This document shows, piece after piece, positions 1 through 4,958 of a stretch of 4,958 nt of DNA. This DNA comes from a virus. Lineage: Duplodnaviria; Heunggongvirae; Uroviricota; Caudoviricetes. The stretch lies in the IMG/VR virus record IMGVR_UViG_2695420644_000001; one strand, written 5' to 3'. Both the position numbers and the translations under genes were made by a program. The notes below the pieces were generated by a model, which worked only from the letters and a program-made list of their open reading frames with translations, was not told the DNA's origin and did no database searches. Every line of letters begins with the position of its first letter. Positions within the stretch are counted from its first letter, which is position 1.

Positions 1-211
1 GGGCGGTTGCCCGGCATCCAACACCATTCATGGCCATATCAATGATTTTCTGGTGTGTACCGGGTTGAGAAGCGGTGTAAGTGAACTGCAGTTGCCATGT
101 TTTACGGCAGTGAGAGCAGAGATAGCGCTGATGTCCGGCAGTACTTTTACCGTTACGCACCACGCCTTCAGTAGCTGAGCAGGAGGGACAACTGATGGAG
201 ATGGAAGCCAC
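1..211 (-). CDS. insA: IS1 InsA, N-terminal about 70 codons; 3' end cut by window edge
   Basis: GTG start at 211 (minus strand). Translation [70 protein letters not shown] matches InsA with a few substitutions. The track ORF 28-240 is a different frame. Confidence 0.85.
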   Translation of the reverse strand, partial: MASISISCPSCSATEGVVRNGKSTAGHQRYLCSHCRKTWQLQFTYTASQPGTHQKIIDMAMNGVGCRATA

Positions 212-243
212 GGGAGCACCTCAAAAACACCATGATACACTAA

Positions 244-266
244 ATCAGTAAGTTGGCACCATTACC
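244..266 (-). repeat. IS1 terminal inverted repeat (about 23 bp)
   Basis: Reverse complement of 244-266 is ggtaatggtgccaacttactgat, against canonical IS1 ggtgatgctgccaacttactgat. Confidence 0.8.
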
Positions 267-268
267 AG

Positions 269-445
269 GATGCGGAGCATGGTGAGGCTGGTCACTTCAC
301 TTCCATCGAGCAAGAATATCCCCAGATACTCAACAGAGCGCGAGCAATCCTCGCCCGAGAAACGGCACATGTAAAACTTCAGCCGTGGCAGGATGATAAG
401 TGGAGTCGAGTATTGCCGCATTTACCTCAGAATCTGTTTCAATAA
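269..445 (+). pseudogene. Possible 3' remnant (58 codons) of an unidentified gene truncated by the IS1 insertion
   Basis: Frame is open from the IS1 boundary to TAA at 443-445 (…NRARAILARETAHVKLQPWQDDKWSRVLPHLPQNLFQ), followed 19 bp later by a hairpin. No start codon context and no family recognised. Confidence 0.25.
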
Positions 446-463
446 AGGCGCTAGTTAGTAAGG

Positions 464-489
464 CTTCCGTCATTCTGCGATGACGGAAG
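464..489 (+). terminator. Perfect 10-bp inverted repeat hairpin (cttccgtcat / atgacggaag, 6-nt loop); possible terminator of the upstream remnant
   Basis: Stem seen directly in sequence. No clear U-tract follows, so terminator function is uncertain. Confidence 0.25.
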
Positions 490-499
490 TGCGGGCTGC

Positions 500-619
500 G
501 TACGGGAGAGCAATTGTATGAATAATATAAATATTCCGCTCACTCCATATAGCGATTTCTGATACAAACTTATCTATTGTGGTAAAATTATAGAAACAAA
601 CTTATAGCGTACTAACCAT
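500..619 (+). promoter_or_regulatory. AT-rich putative promoter/leader region upstream of the HNH-motif gene
   Basis: AT-rich with -35-like hexamers (ttgtat 514-519, ttgtgg 577-582) but no convincing spaced -10 and no Shine-Dalgarno before the ATG at 620. Confidence 0.2.
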
Positions 620-1402
620 ATGGACAATATTAATAAACACGGGCTCTCAAGAAGAATACCTGAGACAATAAAACGTCAGATAAGGCAAAGGTGCGGCTTT
701 GGCTGTGTAATTTGTGGATTTGGATTTTATGATTATGAGCATTTTAAACCTGACTTCGTTGATGCCAAAATACATGATCCGAATGGAATGACACTTCTTT
801 GCTCCCAATGCAATCAAAAAAGAGCTCGTGGTAGACTTTCAGCACAGACAGTGGAAATAGCTGACAGAAATCCCAAGTGCTTACAGGCTGGTTTTGCAAA
901 TGAAATGTTTGATTTTCATAATGAGCCTATAACAGTAAAATTTGCAGGAGTGACGTTTCATAACTGTCAAAATTTGATTGTAGTCAACGAACAACCCATT
1001 CTTTCTGTGAAACCTTCACCCATACCACATGGACCGATGCTTTTATCAGGAATTTTCTGTAATTCTATTGGTAAGGAGACTTTACTGATAGATGAAAATG
1101 AATGGAAAGCTAAATCAGACAATTGGGATGTGGAGTGTACCGGCCCGCGTATAACAATACGACGTGGGCCAGGAGAGTTTGCCCTCGTTCTAAAAATGGA
1201 ACCTCCAACAGGATTGATTGTTGAGCGTCTTGATATGTTGTATGAAGGGGTCAGGATGAAAGGAGATAAAGATCTGCTGGAAGTTTCGATTAATGGAGGT
1301 CCCTTGCACAGATGGCAATCATGCTCAATGTCAAATTGCCATACAGGGCTTGCGATTCAGGGCGGTATTAGAGCTGCTAATGATCCTTTGTATTGCGCCT
1401 AA
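620..1402 (+). CDS. Hypothetical protein with N-terminal HNH (beta-beta-alpha-metal) nuclease motif; C-terminal ~190 aa unrecognised
   Basis: 260-aa ORF. Residues 25-67 read C-x3-C-x2-C … EH-x2-P … DPNG … LLCSQCNQK, fitting the HNH pattern of CxxC, catalytic His, Asn, CxxC-N. By rough count about 40% GC against over 50% in flanking genes. No Shine-Dalgarno. Confidence 0.7.
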   Translation: MDNINKHGLSRRIPETIKRQIRQRCGFGCVICGFGFYDYEHFKPDFVDAKIHDPNGMTLLCSQCNQKRARGRLSAQTVEIADRNPKCLQAGFANEMFDFHNEPITVKFAGVTFHNCQNLIVVNEQPILSVKPSPIPHGPMLLSGIFCNSIGKETLLIDENEWKAKSDNWDVECTGPRITIRRGPGEFALVLKMEPPTGLIVERLDMLYEGVRMKGDKDLLEVSINGGPLHRWQSCSMSNCHTGLAIQGGIRAANDPLYCA

Positions 1403-1443
1403 ATCCACTAAATTGATTTTCAACAATCAACTTGCCATAATTA

Positions 1444-1474
1444 AGTCACCGGAGTTTGAACTCCTCCGGTGACT
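1444..1474 (+). terminator. Stem-loop (10-11 bp stem gtcaccggag / ctccggtgac) between the HNH-motif gene and the nin genes; possible tR2-like terminator
   Basis: Strong inverted repeat 42 bp downstream of the stop at 1400-1402. Trailing ttctg is only a weak U-tract. Confidence 0.35.
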
Positions 1475-1496
1475 TCTGCGCTAAACGGGGACGTTT

Positions 1497-1598
1497 ATGC
1501 GCACATACAATCCAACCTCTCTTCTCCATTCACAGATGCAGAAATGCACCTGCGATATTTTGCATCCAGCGTTTGATCTCTGCGGAGGTGAAGCGTGA
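1497..1598 (+). CDS. Small ORF (33 aa, Cys-rich) coupled to ybcN; possibly ylcH-like
   Basis: ATG at 1497 with gggga 6-10 nt upstream. Stop TGA at 1596-1598 overlaps the ybcN GTG (GTGA). Translation [33 protein letters not shown]. Identity rests on position, not on recognised sequence. Confidence 0.45.
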   Translation: MRTYNPTSLLHSQMQKCTCDILHPAFDLCGGEA

Positions 1599-2050
1599 AC
1601 CTCCCACAAGATGGTATCAAATTGCATCGCGGTAACTTCACCGCTATCGGTCGGCAGATCCAGCCTTATCTGGAGGACGGCAAATGCTTTCGCATGGTGC
1701 TTAAACCGTGGCGCGAGAGACGCAGTCTTTCCCAGAATGCACTCAGCCACATGTGGTACAGCGAAATCAGTGAATACCTCATCAGCAAGGGTAAAACGTT
1801 CGCTACTCCAGCTTGGGTAAAAGATGCTCTCAAACACACATATCTCGGTTATGAAACCAAAGACCTGGTTGATGTCGTAACCGGTGATATCACCACTATC
1901 CAGTCGTTACGCCATACCTCCGATCTTGATACCGGAGAGATGTATGTCTTCCTGTGTAAGGTTGAAGCCTGGGCGATGAATATTGGTTGCCACCTGACTA
2001 TTCCACAGAGCTGCGAGTTTCAGCTGCTGCGCGACAAGCAGGAGGCGTAA
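1595..2050 (+). CDS. ybcN: NinB/Orf-family recombination protein (YbcN-like)
   Basis: 151 aa, GTG start with GGAGG 6 nt upstream. Motif [15 protein letters not shown] resembles the lambda NinB core; position is directly upstream of ninE-ybcO-rusA. Confidence 0.88.
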   Translation: MNLPQDGIKLHRGNFTAIGRQIQPYLEDGKCFRMVLKPWRERRSLSQNALSHMWYSEISEYLISKGKTFATPAWVKDALKHTYLGYETKDLVDVVTGDITTIQSLRHTSDLDTGEMYVFLCKVEAWAMNIGCHLTIPQSCEFQLLRDKQEA

Positions 2051-2220
2051 TGGCTACACCGCTTATTCGTGTCATGAACGGACACATCTACAGAGTACCA
2101 AATCGTCGTAAGCGTAAACCTGAGCTGAAGCCATCCGAAATACCAACACTGCTCGGATATACCGCCAGCTTGGTTGATAAAAAATGGTTGCGACTGGCAG
2201 CAAGGAGGAGTCATGGCTGA
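2050..2220 (+). CDS. ninE: NinE-family small protein (56 aa)
   Basis: ATG at 2050 overlaps the ybcN stop (TAATG), GGAGG upstream. Basic KR-rich protein with …GYTASLVDKKWLRL… resembling lambda NinE. The track ORF 1987-2220 is an N-terminal over-extension. Confidence 0.82.
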   Translation: MATPLIRVMNGHIYRVPNRRKRKPELKPSEIPTLLGYTASLVDKKWLRLAARRSHG

Positions 2221-2503
2221 TTTGAGAAAAGCAGCGCGTGGTCGGGAATGCCAGGTAAGAATCCCTGGCGTATGTAATGGCAACCCTGAAACGTCTGTAC
2301 TGGCACATATCCGGCTGGCTGGATTGTGCGGTACCGGTATCAAACCGCCAGACCTGATTGCCACCATTGCATGTTCTGCCTGCCACGACGAAATCGACCG
2401 CCGCACACATTTTGTCGATGCTGCATATGCAAAAGAATGCGCGCTGGAAGGTATGGCGAGAACACAGGTTATCTGGCTGAAAGAGGGGGTTATTAAGGCG
2501 TGA
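2213..2503 (+). CDS. ybcO: YbcO-family (DUF1364) Cys/His-rich putative nuclease, 96 aa
   Basis: ATG at 2213 with AGGAGG 3-10 nt upstream. Translation [34 protein letters not shown]…[11 protein letters not shown]… The track ORF 2174-2503 is over-extended. Confidence 0.88.
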   Translation: MADLRKAARGRECQVRIPGVCNGNPETSVLAHIRLAGLCGTGIKPPDLIATIACSACHDEIDRRTHFVDAAYAKECALEGMARTQVIWLKEGVIKA

Positions 2504-2862
2504 ATACCTACAGCATCACATTACCCTGGCCTCCGAGCAATAATCGCTATTACCGCCATAATCGCGGGCGCACGCACATCAGCGCAGAGGGGCAGGCATA
2601 CCGCGATAACGTCGCCCGAATCATTAAAAACGCAATGCTGGATATCGGCCTGGCTATGCCTGTGAAAATCCGCATTGAGTGCCACATGCCGGATCGCCGT
2701 CGCCGTGACCTGGATAATCTGCAAAAAGCCGCTTTTGACGCACTCACTAAAGCAGGTTTCTGGCTGGATGATGCTCAGGTCGTTGATTACCGCGTTGTGA
2801 AGATGCCTGTTACCAAAGGTGGGAGGCTGGAACTGACCATCACCGAAATGGGGAATGAATGA
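2500..2862 (+). CDS. rusA: Holliday junction resolvase RusA (120 aa)
   Basis: GTG at 2500 overlaps the ybcO stop (GTGA). Translation [25 protein letters not shown]…[10 protein letters not shown] matches RusA essentially full length. Confidence 0.95.
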   Translation: MNTYSITLPWPPSNNRYYRHNRGRTHISAEGQAYRDNVARIIKNAMLDIGLAMPVKIRIECHMPDRRRRDLDNLQKAAFDALTKAGFWLDDAQVVDYRVVKMPVTKGGRLELTITEMGNE

Positions 2863-2957
2863 TGTTTGAGTTTTATATGGCAGAACTTCTTCGCCACCGC
2901 TGGGGGCATCTGCGCTTATATCGTTTCCCCGGTTCTGTTTTGACCGATTACCGAATC
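2859..2957 (+). CDS. ylcG: ylcG-like small ORF, first 33 codons only; truncated at junction
   Basis: ATGATG at 2859 overlaps the rusA stop (ATGA). [33 protein letters not shown], after which the sequence becomes antisense rlpA. Confidence 0.55.
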
Positions 2958-2958
2958 C

Positions 2959-3024
2959 ATCATCGCTTGTACATGCCGCGAGCATTCCTGCCGCGATGCA
3001 GATCCCGAGCCACTGCTTACGCAT
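2959..3024 (-). CDS. rlpA: rlpA, first 22 codons only (lipoprotein signal peptide with lipobox LAAC); truncated at junction
   Basis: Minus-strand ATG at 3024 with GAGG Shine-Dalgarno, 10 bp after the rodA stop. MRKQWLGICIAAGMLAACTSDD matches the RlpA N-terminus and the known order mrdB-rlpA. Boundary uncertain by about 3 nt. Confidence 0.8.
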
Positions 3025-3034
3025 TGCGCACCTC

Positions 3035-4030
3035 TTACACGCTTTTCGACAACATTTTCCTGTGGGTGTGGATTGACATTACAATCCCGAACCCAGCCAT
3101 CAGCACAATTAGCGCCGATCCTCCATAACTGACCAGTGGGAGCGGAACCCCTACAACCGGCAGAATACCGCTTACCATACCAATATTTACGAAGACATAA
3201 ACGAATAATATCAGCATTAAGCCGCCAGCCATGACGCGACCAAAGGTGGTTTGCGCTCTGGCGGCTATCCACAGCCCGCGCATGATCAGCAGAATGTAGA
3301 GAGCGAGCAGAATCAGAATGCCCACTAATCCCAGCTCTTCCGCCAGTACCGCGAAGATAAAGTCAGTATGGCGTTCGGGGAGAAATTCAAGCTGTGACTG
3401 AGTGCCGTGCAGCCAGCCTTTGCCGCGTAATCCGCCGGAGCCAATAGCAATTTTAGACTGAATAATGTGATAGCCCGCGCCGAGTGGGTCTGATTCCGGG
3501 TCCAGGAGCATCATTACGCGCTGGCGCTGGTAATCATGCATCAGGAAGAACCACAGAATCGGAATGAACGCCGCTACCAGCACTACTGCGACGCCAATCA
3601 GACGCCAGCTAAGGCCAGAGAGGAACAGTACAAACAGACCGGAAAGCGCAACGAGGATTGATGTTCCCAGGTCAGGCTGTGCAGCCACCAGCAGCGTGGG
3701 CATAAATATCAGCACCAGCGCGATGCCAGTGTTCTTCAACGATGGCGGGCAAACGTCGCGGTTGATAAAGCGCGCAACCATCAGTGGTACGGCTATTTTG
3801 GCAATTTCCGACGGCTGAAAACGAACAATACCGAGGTCCAGCCAGCGTTGAGCACCTTTAGAGATGGCACCGAAAGCATCTACCGCCACCAGCAAAATAA
3901 TACAGATGATATAGAGATAGGGGGCCCAGCCTTCATAAACGCGTGGAGGAATTTGCGCCATCACCACCATGATGACCAGACCCATCGCGATTTGGCCGAT
4001 TTTACGCTCCATCATGCCAATATCCTGACC
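3035..4030 (-). CDS. mrdB: RodA (MrdB) SEDS-family peptidoglycan polymerase, residues about 40-370; 5' end missing
   Basis: Translation from [23 protein letters not shown]… to …[14 protein letters not shown] matches E. coli RodA to its C-terminus; stop at 3035-3037. The 83 residues upstream in the track ORF (3035-4279) are antisense proS. Confidence 0.93.
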
Positions 4031-4958
4031 GATGTGGTCTTCTCCGACACCTCTGACTATGCAGCGAACATTGAACTGGCAGAAGCTATCGCGCCGAAAG
4101 AACCGCGCGCTGCTGCTACCCAGGAAATGACGCTGGTTGATACGCCGAACGCGAAAACCATCGCGGAACTGGTTGAACAGTTCAATCTGCCGATTGAGAA
4201 AACGGTTAAGACTCTGCTGGTTAAAGCGGTTGAAGGCAGCAGCTTCCCGCTGGTTGCGCTGCTGGTGCGCGGTGATCACGAGCTGAACGAAGTTAAAGCA
4301 GAAAAACTGCCGCAGGTTGCAAGCCCGCTGACTTTCGCGACTGAAGAAGAAATTCGTGCCGTGGTTAAAGCCGGTCCGGGTTCACTGGGTCCGGTAAACA
4401 TGCCGATTCCGGTGGTGATTGACCGTACCGTTGCGGCGATGAGTGATTTCGCTGCTGGTGCTAACATCGATGGTAAACACTACTTCGGTATCAACTGGGA
4501 TCGCGATGTCGCTACCCCGGAAATTGCTGATATCCGCAACGTGGTGGCGGGCGATCCAAGCCCGGATGGTCAGGGTACGCTGCTGATCAAACGTGGTATC
4601 GAAGTTGGTCACATCTTCCAGCTGGGTACCAAGTACTCCGAAGCACTGAAAGCCTCCGTACAGGGTGAAGATGGCCGTAACCAAATCCTGACGATGGGTT
4701 GCTACGGTATCGGGGTAACGCGTGTAGTAGCTGCGGCGATTGAGCAGAACTACGACGAACGCGGCATCGTATGGCCTGACGCGATCGCACCGTTCCAGGT
4801 GGCGATTCTGCCGATGAACATGCACAAATCCTTCCGCGTACAGGAGCTTGCTGAGAAACTGTACAGCGAACTGCGTGCACAAGGTATCGAAGTGCTGCTG
4901 GATGACCGAAAAGAACGTCCGGGCGTGATGTTTGCCGATATGGAACTGATCGGTATTC
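4031..4958 (+). CDS. proS: Prolyl-tRNA synthetase ProS, internal fragment (about residues 214-522, includes editing domain); truncated at junction and window end
   Basis: Plus-strand translation [42 protein letters not shown]…[17 protein letters not shown]…[21 protein letters not shown] matches E. coli ProS. Confidence 0.93.

Larger units (their letters stand above)
1..266 (-). mobile_element. IS1-family insertion sequence, left end only (element continues beyond window start)
   Basis: Reverse complement of 1-266 aligns from memory with the IS1 5' end (terminal repeat plus start of insA) at roughly 90% identity, so a divergent isoform. Element ends at 266. Confidence 0.9.
1497..2957 (+). mobile_element. 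Lambdoid (DLP12-like) prophage nin-region fragment, 3'-truncated inside ylcG
   Basis: Gene order small ORF, ybcN, ninE, ybcO, rusA, ylcG with overlapping start/stop codons, typical of lambdoid nin regions. The antiterminator Q gene expected downstream is absent. Confidence 0.8.

Noticed and set aside
28-240. 70-aa minus-strand ORF inside the IS1 end
   Set aside because: Out of frame with the recognisable InsA reading frame (GTG at 211); it is an overlapping shadow ORF.
1481-1837. 118-aa minus-strand ORF, and the 69-aa plus-strand ORF at 1611-1820
   Set aside because: Both overlap ybcN in other frames; no start context or recognisable motifs.
1987-2220. 77-aa version of ninE, and the 109-aa version of ybcO (2174-2503)
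   Set aside because: Upstream extensions run into the preceding gene. Shine-Dalgarno sequences and known protein lengths support the internal starts at 2050 and 2213.
2020-2747. Minus-strand ORFs 2020-2406, 2072-2410 and 2550-2747
   Set aside because: Antisense to ninE, ybcO and rusA, which are confidently identified on the plus strand.
2916-3272. 118-aa minus-strand ORF overlapping the rodA 3' end and rlpA start
   Set aside because: Alternative frame over confidently assigned rodA and rlpA coding sequence.
3685-3692. Chi sequence (GCTGGTGG) on the minus strand within rodA
   Set aside because: Chi octamers are common in E. coli chromosomal DNA; a single occurrence in a housekeeping gene is expected and not linked to the prophage recombination genes.
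3564-3818. 84-aa plus-strand ORF inside rodA
   Set aside because: Antisense to the rodA coding sequence; Ser/Thr/Ala-rich low-complexity translation typical of a shadow ORF.
4276-4882. Minus-strand ORFs 4276-4467, 4382-4882 and 4587-4880
   Set aside because: Antisense to the proS fragment, whose plus-strand translation matches ProS throughout.
1-4958. CRISPR arrays, tRNA/rRNA genes or a multi-gene defence system
   Set aside because: No spaced direct repeats, no tRNA-like structure and no operon of unknown genes were seen. The only unassigned gene is the single HNH-motif ORF, so a system-level claim is not supported.

Overview
The window is a mosaic of three segments that are not neighbours in any E. 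coli gene order I know. (1) 1-2957: the left end of a divergent IS1 (partial insA, minus strand), a short ORF remnant and hairpin, a low-GC orphan gene for an HNH-motif nuclease-like protein (620-1402), then a lambdoid (DLP12-like) prophage nin region on the plus strand: small ORF, ybcN (NinB/Orf-like), ninE, ybcO, rusA and the 5' part of ylcG. (2) 2958-4030, minus strand: the first 22 codons of rlpA and the 3' 331 codons of rodA (mrdB). (3) 4031-4958, plus strand: an internal fragment of proS. The two junctions (about 2955-2958 and 4030/4031) cut through conserved genes with no IS end or att-like site, so chimeric assembly or artificial concatenation is the most economical reading; this cannot be proven from sequence alone. 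The only plausibly novel element is the HNH-motif gene, and it is a single orphan gene. I see no multi-gene undescribed system, no CRISPR array and no tRNA or rRNA. Several long ORFs in the six-frame track are junction artefacts or antisense shadows.
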